From Octopus sinensis (Eukaryota), in contig NC_043009.1 in the NCBI RefSeq assembly GCF_006345805.1, positions 48,484,001 to 48,548,000 of the forward strand: a stretch of 64,000 nt of DNA, written 5' to 3'. Below the pieces are notes generated by a model. The model did no database searches and was not told the DNA's origin. It worked only from the letters and a program-made list of their open reading frames with translations. Below, one piece after another: positions 26,831-42,110 of this stretch (positions are counted from its first letter, which is position 1; every line of letters starts with the position of its first letter). Position numbers and translations under genes: made by a program.

Positions 26831-28078
26831 TGACACTTCATTTTAATTATTTTCTCATCTTTAAACAATTCTCATGAATATATGAGATTTCAATAGAAGT
26901 AAAAATAACAAATAACACATTATCGTTTATGATTTAATTAGAAGTGAAAGGGGAGAACGCATCACCTTTGGTGGAAGTCATTGTTAAAGAAGGTGGGAAA
27001 CAAGTGGGCGGAAGATACAAGTGTCAGGGATTATTCTCAAACCAGAGTGTGTTTATTTTTTATTATGGAAGAGTTTACTACGCAGAATAGTAAAAATCTG
27101 CAATATTTTCCTAAAGTTTAGCATGGAGCTCATAACTCATTTTGGTGTTTATATTCTTTTAATAGAGTTGTGTCACTTCGTTAAAAACTAATAGATAGAT
27201 AGGAGAACTGGAAAATAAATAAGTTATACAAACTTGCATATATAGAGTCTTCAATATATACTCATACATACATATATGCATAGAAACATATATATTTTAA
27301 ACAAACTTCCATACATGCATTCATACACGCATATATATATATAATATATATATATATATATTATATATATATATATATATTAAGTTATATATATGTACAC
27401 ATACACTCACACATACGCATATCATAGTCATGTGATTCTGTAATCTTTTATTCTTCGTTACCAGAAACGATATATATATATATATATATATATACATATT
27501 TATATGTATATGTTGATATCTAGAAGCGAACATAAACTAACACTGTTATCAGCAACAGATTTCGCAAAATAAAAAATAATATGTAAATGAATAAATGAAA
27601 ACAATAATATTTTTTTTTTTTTTTTTTTTGCTTATCGCAGTTATTTCCATTATCAAACATCATCTTTACCGATTTTAACCAATATACTTAACGCAACGTA
27701 ATTCCGATCAACACATTTGTGCTAGATTTCCTTTAGACACTTTGACAACAATCTATAGTTACTACTAACTGTGCACCAAATCTTATAATACCATCTGCAA
27801 AAATCTATTGTAATGTAGTATAAAGTAAAAATACCATTTTGATTGTTTTGATAAAAAAAAATGGCTTCTGTAGCAATATTTCTTCATCTTTTTCTTCCTT
27901 CCGTTTATATCGTTTATATTTCGTTTATCATATGAATTACAATAAGTATTATGCAATGCGCAATAGAAGATATATCTATCTATCTATATACATATATATC
28001 CGTCTGTATGTGTGCGTGCGTGTGTGTGCGTGTGTGTGTAAATACAATGCGCTTCGCATTATCTGTCTTTCGCTCCGT

Positions 28079-28117
<39 letters not shown>

Positions 28118-30470
28118 ATCTTTCTCCCTCCACCCCCTATCTCTCTCTGTCTCTGACTCTCTCTCCTTCCCTCCCTCTCTCTCTCTCTCTAATTATATAT
28201 ATATATCCATATATATGTATATGTATGTAAGTATGTGTGGGTGTGAATGTATGTATGTACGTATACATATATATGTATGTATTTGCATACTTGTACCCCA
28301 CTGTAGATAGAATGATTGATAAATTTCGCCTGAAGATCGCAGTGCATTGAAACTCGTGTTACAATATATATATATTTGTGTTTAAATAAGACGTACCGTA
28401 CAAAGTAATTGGCACAGAAACCTTCATTCGGTCGACAACATAAATATAAAACTGTCTATTTATTTATCTCTCTACATGCATATAAATATATATATATATA
28501 CATAAAGAAACATATATATAGATACATACATACATACATACATACATACGTAGATACATACACACGTGCATGTATGTATGTATGTATGTATGTATATATG
28601 TATGTATGTATGTATGTATGTGTGTATATATATATATGTGTGTGTGCCTGTCTCTTTGTCAACGTACAGTAAGCATATGTGAATATATATATTTATGTAT
28701 GTATATATATTTAACCTTTTGTACCAATGGTTTAACATAATTCATCCGAGAGCAGCAGGAGCAGCAGCAGCAACAGAGGACCAGTACGAATTCCCAAATT
28801 ATGACGGTACGAAAAATTCTTCGACTATTTGATGACTGGGAAATTTCTGAAACTAATTTCTGAAAACTCTCTCACTTTGAAATAATGACATCTCGGCAAC
28901 CACATAAAATCACACACACACGCACACACGCACGCGCACGCACACACACACACACACACACACAAACAAACACATGAACACACACACACACACACACGCA
29001 CACACACACACGCACACGCACACGCATGCAGTCATACACTCACACACGCACTACGCACGTACTTGATTTTATTTGCTTCCCTTCATTCAAGGACCATGCT
29101 CATTGAATTTTTTCAATTTCAAGACTTTCTTCATTTTTTAGCAACAATTTTCAATGACGAAGCAGACTGCAAAAAAAAAAAAAAAAACTCCTGTGCAGTC
29201 ATTCAAGTTGCTGCAAACAGCAGCTAAACTTGCTTTAAATTAAACATTACCAAAAACAAAAGCAAAAATGATGAACACATTGAATGCATTCTCAGAAAAC
29301 AGAATCGTGAAATGCTTCCAGACAAGGAACGTCTTATACGGTTATATGATGAAGACCAATTTAGGGTAAAAACAATAGCAATAATGATACTGATATTACT
29401 TGGTTCAAGCTCAACGATATAGGAGGGTCTGCAAAGAAACCATGGTCAGATTCCTTTGCTGCAGAGCAATCTAATATAAAATGTTGTTCACGCGGTAATT
29501 CTTTTCGTTTCACTTATTTTCAAGTCAGAAAATTATTGCTTTCTCCGTGTTTGTTGTTACTGTCATTGAATATTTTTGTCTGCAATAAAACAGTTATATC
29601 AACTATTAACATCTCTTTTTGGTCAATATTCTCTGAAAAATTAAATCTAGTCTTCCATCAGTAGTGATTTTACGCAAGTATTATTCAAAATCCTAATATA
29701 ATTTTATTCTTTTATGCTCCACTGTTGTCTCTTTATTACATCTGGTTTTCTACAACACAGAATTATTTTCAAATCAATACATTTTGTTCAAGCTATTTCG
29801 GCCATCATCATTGCATCAATTTTAACATTTTTTTTTTTCTCCAGCCAGTATTTTAAAACCAGACAGCAATTTATGGACTGTCTCGTCTCTCTTTTTCTTG
29901 CATACCCTGAAGAAGTTTGATATCACTCCAATCAGCATCAATTTTCTTCTCCCATTTCTTCCTTACATTAATCGTAGAACAAGATTTACTGAAATATAAC
30001 TTACACTTAACCATCCATAGCATTTTCTCTTCCAATCTGTTAAATATCTCATTCTGCATCGTTTTGTCTCTTTAGAGTGCTTAAGCCTTATTTCTTCCGA
30101 GTTCTTCTGCACTTTTCTGTTTTAGATTCCATCAGATTACCTTCTTCGATATGTTTATTGTACTTTATTCGTGTATTTGTATCTCTCTATCTTTGTTTGT
30201 GTTATAAGTCCAGAGACACTGTTATTTTCAGTTGTTGAAGGAAACTGGGTTATCAGTTACTATATATTCATAGTAAAATCGATTGGCAGAATTGCTTGAA
30301 TACCAGTCAGATGCCTTGTGTTATTTGCTCCGGCTCTTTGCGTTCTGAGTTCATATCTCTCCGAGGTCAACTTTACCTATCTTCTTTCTGGGGTCAAACA
30401 AATAAAGTCCCAGCCATATAATAGTCTGAGCCTGATCACGCCATTTTTATTTCCGGCTTACAGCATAAGC

Positions 30471-30990
30471 ATGACCACTCCACTAACAATGTACACCAAA
30501 GAAGAACAAAGGACAGTGATCGGATTTCTCTAGGAAAGGGCTGTACGATCAACAGTGCAAGACACAGTGCTTTGCTGGCCAATAAACTGAAGCCAGCAAT
30601 TCACACCAAACGCCGGAGCCTATTGCCGAAGAATGTTTTGTTGTTGTATGTCAATACACGGCCGTCCAGTCCGTTGAAACTATTAACCAATTGGATTTTA
30701 AGGTGCTGGAACATATCTCGCCCCTTCCGACAATCATATCTTTAGACCGCTCAAAGATGGTTTACGAAGTCGTCGATTATTTCCTACGGATGAAGATGTG
30801 AAGGAAGCGGTGCATAAATGGTTGCATGACCAGCCGAAAACTTTCTTCTTGAAGAGAATATACAAGCTTGTGGAGCGCTGGACAAAGTGCATCGAAAACG
30901 AAGGAGACTATATAGAAAAATGACGTGCTGTTTATCTGTGTGAATATATTGAAAAACAAGAGTGCGTATATTTTTTGACTCACCTTCGTA
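30471..30990 (+). mobile_element. Internally deleted mariner (second family)
   Basis: N-terminus MTTPLTMYTKEEQRTVIGFL joined to C-terminal remnants (LAPSDNHIF, FPTDEDVKEAVHKWLHDQPKTFF, KLVERWTKCIENEGDYIEK*). Ends TTTTTTGACTCACCTTCGTA, a mariner-type 3' TIR plus TA. Confidence 0.85.
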
Positions 30991-32069
30991 CTTTGTAGCA
31001 TATTATGGTTGCCTAACAAAATACGGTGTCTCTACAGGTCAACAATATTCAAATGAGATTACTTACGCCACCCTAGGTAAAAATAAAAAGTTTGATCGAG
31101 GGCTACTAACCTATTTCCTTAACAAGTACCAGCCAGCAACCGGATCGCCTATAGAAATCAAACTAAAACCTCGGCAACCAGATACAAAACTTTGGAAGGA
31201 CCAATGTGCCGCTTAGAAAGGGAAAAATAAGAACGCATGAAGAATAAGGGCGCATTGGGAAGTTTTTATTGTTCTAAATAAGAGATGTAATACTAAGTTA
31301 GAAACGCAATGAAATGTGTGGATTGGGAGCTGATGATGTCTTTACTGTATGTGTTTGTGTGAGTGTAAAAGGATAGCATCGTCATTGTCATCCATTTTGA
31401 TTTTGAAAATTGTGCTTTGAAATGCTTAAATAACTTTAAGAGTTATTTGCAAACTCCCTTCTTGTCTGCTAATATCAGCCTACCATTGAGTATCACTAGT
31501 AGATATTATAAAGTTACCTACTGCTGGGATTTGTCTCCTCTCCACTCAAAACATTTATCTACGATTTTCTGGAACATAATCATGCCATTTACCACCAGAA
31601 CAAGGGAACGTTGCAAAAATCTCGTAATCGGCCGAATAAAATAGCGAGTCCTGGCGTACTCATAATGTTTGGTCTGCTGAGAACTATGACGTGTAAATGA
31701 AGCTGACCTCTTTTACTGTATGTGTTCGTATATTCAGAAATAACAGCAGTCATATATTTAATTATCAGTCACCAATAAATCTACATTTCAAATTCCTTTC
31801 TCTTCCATTCAAGGTGGTGGAAATATAGAATTGGTTGCAGATCAGACAAAATGCTATTAGTGCTGGCTTTAATGTCATAACTAGTCAAATGTTAGCGCCA
31901 TTCAAAATATTCTCACTTCCATTATGTATTTGAGAACGGATACAACTATAAAAAGGATGCTTAATATAAAAATGATTAACATAATCATAAGGCCGTAATT
32001 TTAAAGGGAAAATTATAGCTAAACACGATCGAACCAAGACTTGACTCAGATTCGGTTTCATCGACTGTG

Positions 32070-32990
32070 GAAGGATGACAGACCGAGAAGCCCGAAATTT
32101 TGGGGAGGGAGCTAGTCGATTATATTGACCCAGTACGCAACTGGTACTTAATTAATCGACCCCGAAAGGATGAAAAGCAAAGTCGACCTCAGCGGAATTT
32201 GAACTCAGCTCGTGAAGACAGACGAAATACCTATTTCTTTACTACCCACAAGGGGCTAAACACAGAGGAGACAAGCAAGACAGACAGACGGATTAAGTTG
32301 ATTATATCGACTCCAGTGCGTAACTGGTACTTAATTTATCGAACCCAAAAGGATGAAAGGCAAAGTCGACCTCGGCGGAATTTGAACTCAGAACGTCACG
32401 GCAGACGAAATACTACTAAGCATCTCGCCCGGCGTGCTAACGTTTCTGCCATTTCGCCGCTTTAAACGGGCGCTTATATCGATATATACAAAAGCTTCAG
32501 CTTCTGCCATTGACAAAAAGCTATAATTTTAGTGGTGAAAATTTGCAGACTCCAAATAAATATAAAAGAAAGTCGACTACTGACGGATTAGAACTTAAAA
32601 GTTAGAGCGCCGGAAGAAATGCGTTGAGCATTTTGCCCGTCAGTCTAAAAATGCTGCCACTAATTGTAATTTGTTCAAACTTTGGCACAAGGTCAACAAA
32701 TTTGAAGAGAGGATGCAAGTCGATTAAATTGATTCTAGTACTTGACAAGTACTTTATTTTATTTATTTCTTTATTGGCCACAGAGGGTTAAACATAGAGG
32801 GAACAAACAGGGACAGACAAACGGATTAAGTCGATTATATCGACCCCAGTGCGTAACTGGTACTTATTCAATCGACCACGAAAGGCTGAAAGGCAAAGTC
32901 GACCTCGGCGGAATTTGAACTCAGAACGTAGCGGCAGACGAAATACCGCTAAGCATTTCGTGTTAACGTTTCTGCCAGCTCGCCACCCTA
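32070..32990 (-). mobile_element. Two SINE family B copies (dimeric type), 32070-32460 and 32790-32990
   Basis: Reverse-complement cores AAGGATGAAAGGCAAAGTCGACCTCGGCGGAATTTGAACTCAG and the internal GGGGCTAAACACAGAGG segment. Confidence 0.85.
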
Positions 32991-33547
32991 AGTACTTTAT
33001 TTTATTGACCCCAAAAAGATGAAAAGCATAGTTGATTTGGGCGGGATTACAACTCGTGACGTTAAGAAATGCCGTTAACGTTTCTGCTCGTTCCATTGAC
33101 ACTAATGTTTGCATACATTTGCAAGATAATATGCATGTATTGAAATCTCCAATTATCACGCGTAATGAGCAACAAAAGGACAAATCATGTTTCGAACTTC
33201 CAATCGACTTCTACACTCAGAAATTAGAAAAAAAATATTGGACTTCTAATTTTTTTGAAATTACATACCGAGAAAAAAATACAAAACAAAATAAAAACAA
33301 ACCAACAAAAACATGAAAAAACCAAAAATCAATAGACATAAAGAGGGGGCCTGAATAAATTGGACTCTGTTTTATGTTTTACGAGTTTATTGACGTTCAT
33401 CAGCATATGCATAAAAAAGATTAAATGTTTTTATTGTTTTTAAAACACTGTAAAAACTGCTTCGATTTTTCTCTTTCTTCTCTTTTTGCATGACCCTGTG
33501 GTAGTTGAGTGCATTTGAAACTTGTCATATGACATACGTCTCTCCCT

Positions 33548-33581
<34 letters not shown>

Positions 33582-33806
33582 ACCTCTCTCTTATTTCATT
33601 TCAGTCAGATATGCATCCAATATCACTTGTGTTGCATCTTCAAAAAAAAAAAAAGAAAGAAAAAAAAGAAAGAAAGAAAGGAAAGAAACAAAATATAACA
33701 AGAACGAAAAAAAGCATCGCATCCACCATTAAATAAGTATTTTTTCATTTGTGTCTCACTTTTGACTTTTCATTTGCATATGATACATGCATATTTTTGC
33801 GCATAT

Positions 33807-33849
<43 letters not shown>

Positions 33850-34429
33850 TGTAAATCTCTCTCTCCCTCTCTGTCTCTGTTTCTCTCTTTATCAATCAAT
33901 CAATCTATATATATATACATATATATATATACATAAATATATACATATATGCATATACATATATACAAACATATATTCATATTTGTATATCTATATCTAT
34001 ATGTCTATCTAACTGTTTATCTACCTACCTATCTCTACATATATGTTGTTTGATTTTATTTGAAATCATATTTAAAAAATATAAAAAAATAATTTAACAT
34101 AAAGCTGAAAGACGACACTCAATACTTTTTAGCAGAGTACATATTTATCAATTTCTAGAAGAAATAATTTGACAGCCACTTCGAACGTAAGTATATGACG
34201 TTCGATGTATATCATCTCACAGTTATATAAGATACACCCGCGTTACATTATTTCAATTGCGGGACAGAGTTCTCTGGTTGCTCTATTGTTTAGCTTGAAA
34301 GTTAGTCACGTGTATCTGTCTTTTACTTTCTATGTCTTGCTTCAGTGATTGGACTGCAGCCATGCTGAAGTGGGTAGGGGTGGTAATGTCATCGACTTAA
34401 AGAATTTTGATCGAACAAAATGACGTCAG

Positions 34430-35125
34430 TAATCAATATTTTCATGGTTTGTTGCCAACTTAATGTGGCAGTCCCTGGAAATGGAAGAATACTACTGCTG
34501 TTTAGCCCCAGGAAACCCTGTTTCCAGTTGGCTATGTGATACAAGCGTTCTGTGTCCTTAAGTTTTCAAACAGGGGAGATAAGCACCTCCACCCAGCAAA
34601 GGCAGCTCTCAGAGGCTTTTCAGAGTCATTGCTCTTCATCAGTCTGGAGTAGCTTGGCTTGCTAACTGTTGATGCTTATTTGCCTTTGAAAACTTACAGA
34701 ATTTCAAGTGAAATAAATTCACTGATCTGCAAAATTAGAAATATTGCATTGCTAAATCTCTCAGAGAGACGTATAAAGTAGCAGCACGATAAAATGATGG
34801 CTTGTTGCCAACTGAATGTGGCAGTCCCATGAAAGGGAAAAATGCTACTGCTATTTAACCCCAGGAAGCACTGTTTCCAGTTGGTTATATGGCACTCTGA
34901 AACTAGTCTGTTGATGCTGGTTTTGCTGGGGGAAAATTTTAGGACACAGAAAGCATATGTCACATAGCCAACTGGAAACGGTGATTTCTGGGGTTAAATA
35001 ACACTTGCATTCTTCCCTTTCCTGAGACTACCACATTAAGTTGTCAACAAACCATCACTTTATCGTGCTGCTACGGTATGAATCTCTCTGAGAGATTTAG
35101 AAATGCAATATTTCTAATTAATATT
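34430..35125. mobile_element. Penelope-like pseudo-LTR array (direct plus inverted units)
   Basis: Unit TTGTTGCCAACT..ATGTGGCAGTCCC...CCCAGGAA...TTTCCAGTTGG at about 34450 and 34803, and its reverse complement at 34965-35055. A hammerhead-like core lies at 34601-34650. Confidence 0.6.
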
Positions 35126-35194
35126 TTATAGTCAGTTTACACACATACAAAACATACACAAATATATATATAAATATATATATATACTCTTTTA

Positions 35195-35576
35195 CTCTTT
35201 TACTTGTTTCAGTCATTTGACTGCGGCCATGCTGGAGCACAAGCCTTTGATCGAGCAACTCGACCCTGGGACTTATTCTTTTGTAAGCCCAGTACTTATT
35301 CTATCGGTCTCTTTTGCCGAACCGCTAAGTAACACACCAGCATCGGTTGTCAAGCAATGCTAGGGGGAAAAAACACAGACACACAAACACACAAACGCAT
35401 ATATATATACATATAAACGACGGGCTTCTTTTCAGTTTCCGTCTACCAAATCCACTCACAAGGCTTTGGTCGGCCCGAGGCTATAGTAGAAGACACTTGC
35501 CCAAGGTGCCACGCAGTGGGACTGAACCCGGAACCATGTGGTTGGTAAAGAAGCTACTTACCACATAGCCACTCCT
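35195..35576 (-). mobile_element. SINE family A, full length
   Basis: Reverse complement of the family A consensus from tail to head. Confidence 0.9.
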
Positions 35577-35610
35577 ATATATCATCTGACATATTCATGG
35601 ACTCACGTAC

Positions 35611-35649
<39 letters not shown>

Positions 35650-35785
35650 ATAAAGTATATGATTTTATAAATATAATTACAAAATTATAATAAGGGCAAC
35701 TATCAAGTAATGCCACATGCTAGAAGGAGACGACGCCAAATGACTCTAAACTGCTTCATTTATCACATATACGGACTGAAAGTGA

Positions 35786-35825
<40 letters not shown>

Positions 35826-35889
35826 CACTACATACATGCACACAACACACACACACACACACACACACGTATAAATATATATATCAGAC

Positions 35890-36090
35890 GCCATGATAGA
35901 TCGATAGCCCTACACACATTTTTTCTCTCCTTTTTTTTCTCTCCTTGTTTTCTGTGTCCCTTTCTGTAGAAGAGAGTAGGCTCGAAACATAAAAGACTTT
36001 TGCTATTCCTGAGCGTTATACTAATACATCTGTTTGTTTTGTACACCACCTGTCTTTGTCTTTTTTTTTTTTTTTTTCGTAAAATCTCCC
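35890..36090 (+). mobile_element. Short (TA)n-flanked repeat with hammerhead-like core (same family as 49185-49374)
   Basis: Aligns along its length with 49185-49374; contains CTGTAGAAGAGAGTAGGCTCGAAACA. Confidence 0.7.
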
Positions 36091-37959
36091 ATATATATAT
36101 ATATATTTATATAGTTTCCGTCTACGAAATATTCACTCACTCTCTCAAGTCACTGACCTCCAAAACACTTCATGAAGCATAGAATCAAACGTCGGCTTAT
36201 CCATTTTTTTCATTTTTTGTTCTGTTTTGATCGTCCAACAATTTTGTCCCATACAATACGTTTGCTAACCAACAATCATCGTCTAATCGAGGTAATTAAA
36301 AATGTCTGTCACTTTTGTAAAAGCTAGTCAATAAAGCACCTTGTACTTTCAGATGACAGAAATGTGACCATGACCTGACGCAAATAAATATCTAAACGTA
36401 ATCTTCTGTCATGTAATTTTTCTGGGTTATTCATATCTGTTCCATATTCTATCAGACAGTTCATTACCGCCACTGTGGTTTTCAAACTTATAATATACGT
36501 CCATTCAGACGAAATAAGACGTGATCCACGCTTGTGTCTGCGTTATATATATACATACATACATACATACATAACACACACACACATATATATATATACA
36601 TATATACATACATACACACACACATATATATATATACATATATATGTATGTATATATATGTATTATGTATCACATATATATATATATATACATATATATA
36701 TACATATATATATATATGTGTGTGTATATATATATGCATATATAATATTTATATATATGTATGTACATATGTATATATATATCTATGTATATAGAGAGGC
36801 ACAGACAGACTGACAGTCAGTCAGAGAGGAAGGACATTTGTAGACGTTTCGTGCATTTTTATTTAGAACACTATTGTTGGTGTTATTTTTATCTCTGCTA
36901 TTATAATAACGGCCATCATCATCGTTATTATGAGAAGGCCATCTGCCGAACTGTCTCTTTAAATAGACAGTTCGGTAAATCGCTAAAGCATCAGACTAAA
37001 TGCCGTACCGTTTGTAATCTATGACAATATCGTTGAGATATAGAAATGAGTGAAGAATACAGATTAGTCACAATATAGATGACAGTAATATTTAAGCTGC
37101 TCTATTTAAACGATAAAGACTTACATGAAAGAACGATTATGAGAACACGAAACGATAGGTTTGCTACCGATTCGTGTCTTCGTGATGTTATCTCTAATAC
37201 AGAAAGTTATTGGAAACATCTACTACAAAGGAGGTCACTCACCTTTTGGACATCGAATTTTCTATTGTATTATTTTGCAGGTATTTCTTCCGGAGGCGAG
37301 TATTTTACGGATACTTAAATTGAACTAGAGCAAATGAAGCTCTTAAGGCTGTCTAACTGCTAATTTAAGAGAAGGTAACTCTATACAAATCCTGCCTCAT
37401 AATAACTACTGGGCTGGTCGAACTTGTTGCAGTAGATCAATTCATGTTTGAATGATGAGAGAGAGGGGCTGGCTCTGCACAAAACATGTCCGCTATAATA
37501 ATGTGCATCGCTCAGATTGTTCAGCAAACCAAGATTCCAGCACCAAATACTTCTCTCTGAAATGATCCAGAGTCGGTCTGGGAAAAGGAGCAGGAAGAGA
37601 ACGAGAAGGAGAAGGAGTAGATGCAGGAGTTGTAGAGGACATGTGGAATGTAAAGTAGCTTCTCAACTGCAATGTTTATACTAAAATGGGCTAAAATGTA
37701 GGCACTGTGAAAACGTTCCTTTCATAAGATAACACATTAGTAGTGATGTTCTCGTAACTGATGTTTTAAATCCACTAAATAGAGAAATCACCTGGATGAT
37801 ACCCGGCAGTTGTATACAACTATCACTTATGAACGAAGACAGCGAAATTTATGGTAAAATCAAAGGCACCGGAAAAATGCTTGGCGACATTTCGTCCTTC
37901 TTTATGTTCTGAAGTCGTCATCGCCTTTCATCCTTCGAGATCGATAAACCCTCATGGCT

Positions 37960-38695
<736 letters not shown>

Positions 38696-38899
38696 ATTTA
38701 TATAAAGCACACACACACACACACACACGTGTACCTCAGAGCCATACATGCAGGTATACGTGTGGTTACATGAGTATAAATATTTCCACACACATACTTA
38801 CATACGTGTACACGTTAACTCACTAACAAGCCAAAGTAGTAGAGAGCCATGTCAATTTATTAGTGACCAGCTTGAAGTCTGAAAACTTCAAACTCAAAG

Positions 38900-38983
38900 A
38901 AAACAGATGCTCGCATACTGTATACATACATACCTGCATACATACATGTATACAAACAGACGTACATATATGCATATACATAT

Positions 38984-39032
<49 letters not shown>

Positions 39033-39161
39033 CCATATATACATACTTATAAATATACACACGTATATACATTCGTACATGCATGCATATATATACACAC
39101 ATACCTGAGTACATATATGAATACATGATATTACACATACAATCATACTTACATACCTTAC

Positions 39162-39216
<55 letters not shown>

Positions 39217-39450
39217 CATATATATATATGTATATACATGCATATATATATATATACATGTATATTCTTGTGTATATATAGTATATATACATATATATAT
39301 ATATATACGAGTATATGCATATATATATACATATTGTATATATATATATATATATATATATAGATATATATATATATATATATATACATATATATGTGAA
39401 TATATACATGTGGATATATATGCAAATATATATATATATATATATATAAT

Positions 39451-39482
<32 letters not shown>

Positions 39483-39500
39483 CAAATACATATATGTATT

Positions 39501-39570
<70 letters not shown>

Positions 39571-39640
39571 GTGTTTCTATATAATATATATATATATGTA
39601 TGTATGTGTGTGTGTGTATGTATACATTAGTATACACATT
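38900..39640. repeat. Compound (TA)n/(CA)n/(TACA)n microsatellite
   Basis: Directly visible. Similar blocks lie at 5950-6330, 6845-7330, 12580-12910, 22200-22630, 23170-23910, 47220-47440 and 54940-55560. Confidence 0.95.
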
Positions 39641-39939
39641 TAAAGTTTATTTTATGCTTCTCTATTTTTCTTGATATTTTCTCTGACAAAATCCATCAAA
39701 AGAGAAGCAGAAAAATGGTAAATAATCCTGTAGAAACAACAAACCGAAGAACACCATCAACTGATTTGATGAAAGTCAGTTTCTGCAATTTAACCAAAAA
39801 CCAAAACCAAAACCAAAGAGGCAGATTTTCTTAAATTCCTCAACCATTCCTTTCCTTTCATCTGGTCGATTCTTCATAACTTGACTTCTTGTTATATTTG
39901 TTGTAATGTTGTTTATATAGTAGTATAGTAGTAGTAGTA

Positions 39940-39970
<31 letters not shown>

Positions 39971-40344
39971 TGTTGTTGTTGTTATTGTTGTTGTCGGTGG
40001 TACTCATGATGTTGTTGCTGTACACGTTATTTATTTTGCTGTGGCTGTTATTGCTCAAGGTACAGTTGGTGGCGATTGGGGGTTGCTGGGAAGACTCTCT
40101 GCTTTTATTGCTCTCTCTGTTCCTGCTTTAAAGTTTCCTACATGTGTTTTATTACTGGCGTTGCTGTTGCTCTTGCTTTTGTTATTGTTGTTGCTGTTGT
40201 TGTGCTCTTTTGTGCATTTGTTCTTCATATTATTGTTGTTATTTTTGGTTTCTTAACCTCTTTTCGTTCTCCTTCTAGTTCTTTCTGTAGTTCCTTCAAT
40301 TTCTTTCGTTTTCGTCATCATCACCTCCTTCTACATCGTCATCA

Positions 40345-40504
40345 TTTTCTTCTTCTTCTTCTTCTTCTTCTTCTTCTTCTTCTTCTTCTTCTTCTTCTTC
40401 TTCTTCTTCTTCTTCTTCTTCTTCTTCTTCTTCTTCTTTCTCTTCTTTTTCTTCTTTCTCTTCTTCTTCATCATCATCACCATCATCATCATCTTCTTCT
40501 TCTC

Positions 40505-40538
<34 letters not shown>

Positions 40539-40569
40539 CACCACCACCACCACCACCACCACCAACGCC

Positions 40570-40645
<76 letters not shown>
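40345..40645. repeat. (CTT)n, (ATC)n, (ACC)n, (CTA)n compound microsatellite
   Basis: Directly visible; source of the 297-aa and 193-aa low-complexity ORFs. Confidence 0.95.
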
Positions 40646-41217
40646 TTGATGTCCTCCTTGGTCTCGCTCCCTTCCTCTCCATTCTCCTCCCCTCTTTTTC
40701 ATTCTTCTTCTCCTCCTGTTCCTCATTTTTCTTCTCCTTTCCTCCTCCATCTACAAGTAGTTTCCAAAATAAGAAAATTTCCAAAAGCTGTAGTGGCAGC
40801 AGCAGCGGTGGCAGAAGCATCAGTCGCAGCAGCAGCATCACTCGCAGCAGTGGCAGCAGCAGCAACAGTCGCAGCAACAGTCACAGCAGCAGTTGCTGTG
40901 ACGGTCTTGTACCGCTTCAAACACGATTGCTCATTCATACCGCTGTTGTCCCTTATAACAACAGACTGAACGAATAAAATCTTTAAATAAAAACTTATGG
41001 GAAAATTCGTACTTCTGTATATCAAAGAATAGAAGTGGATTAAAAATTATTTTGCGTGATATTACAATAAGGTCTTCAGGATTGATCGTGAGAAATCATC
41101 GCAGCTGAAAATTACCAGCTATGGCAAAATTTGCTGGTTCATCAAACTTGAAGAGTCAACAAAAACACGCGCCGAGATTGTAGGATATATATATTCGTGC
41201 CCGTAGATTTGTGTCCC

Positions 41218-42110
41218 ATTATATAGGATAAAGAAATCGGCGAGATGGCAGAAACTTTTGCATGCAGGGCTTGAAGGATTAGCGGTATTTTGTCTGCCGT
41301 TACGTTGTGAGTTCAAATTCCGCTGAGGTCGACTTTGCCTTTCATCCTTTCGGGGTCGATAAATTAAGTACCAGTTACGCATTGGGGTTGATGTAATCGA
41401 CTTAATACCTACGTCTGTCCTTGTTTGTCCACTCTAAGTTTAGCCCATTGTGGGTAATAAAGAAATATGTATTTCGTCTGCCTTTATGTTCTGAGTTAAA
41501 ATTCGGGTGAGGTGGACTTTGCCTTTCATCCTTTCGAGAGGGTCGATGAATTAAGTACCAGGTGCGTACTGGGGTCGATGTAATTGACTGGCCCCCTCCT
41601 CAAAAATTCCGGGCCTTGTGCCTAGAGTAGAAAAGATTATATAGGATAAACAAGGCAGCGAGCTGCCAGAAAAGTTAGCGCACCGGGCGAAATGCTTAGC
41701 AGTATGTCGTCTGCTGTTACGTCCTGAGTTCAAAATCCGCCGAGGTCGACTATGCCTTTCATTCTTTCGGGGTCGATAAATAAAGTACTAGTTACGCACT
41801 AGTGTCGATGTAATCGACCTAATCCGTTTGTCTGTCCTTGTTTGTCCCCTCTGTGTTTAGCCCCTTGTGTGCAATAAAGAAATAAGAAACGTTACCATTC
41901 CGGGCGATATGCTTAGCAGTATTTCGTTCTGAGTTCAAATTCCGGCGAGATCGACTTTGCCTTTCATCGTTTCGGGGTCGATAAATTAAGTACCAGCTGC
42001 GTACTGGAGTCAATCTAATCGACTGGCCCCTCTCCAAAAAATTGCTGGTCTTGTGCCTAGAGGGGGAAAGATTATATAGGATAAAGAAGGCAGAGAGCTG
42101 GCAGAGAGGA
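41218..42110 (+). mobile_element. Tandem array of dimeric SINE family B units
   Basis: Two units of 418 and 435 bp delimited by ATTATATAGGATAAA at 41218, 41636 and 42071, plus a truncated third head. Confidence 0.85.

Noticed and set aside
30962-31216. 84-aa ORF next to the mariner fragment
   Set aside because: It begins inside the mariner TIR, has no homology I can recognise, and has weak splice signals.
37540-37685. Short Arg-rich ORF (MIQSRSGKRSRKRTRRRRSRCRSCRGH...) resembling a protamine
   Set aside because: It arises from a purine-rich low-complexity run; the Arg content and pattern do not match cephalopod protamines, and there is no promoter or polyA context.
40076-40969. 297-aa ORF, the longest in the window
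   Set aside because: It is built from in-phase (CTT)/(CTA)/(ACC)/(GCA) repeats, with no complexity suggesting a real protein.
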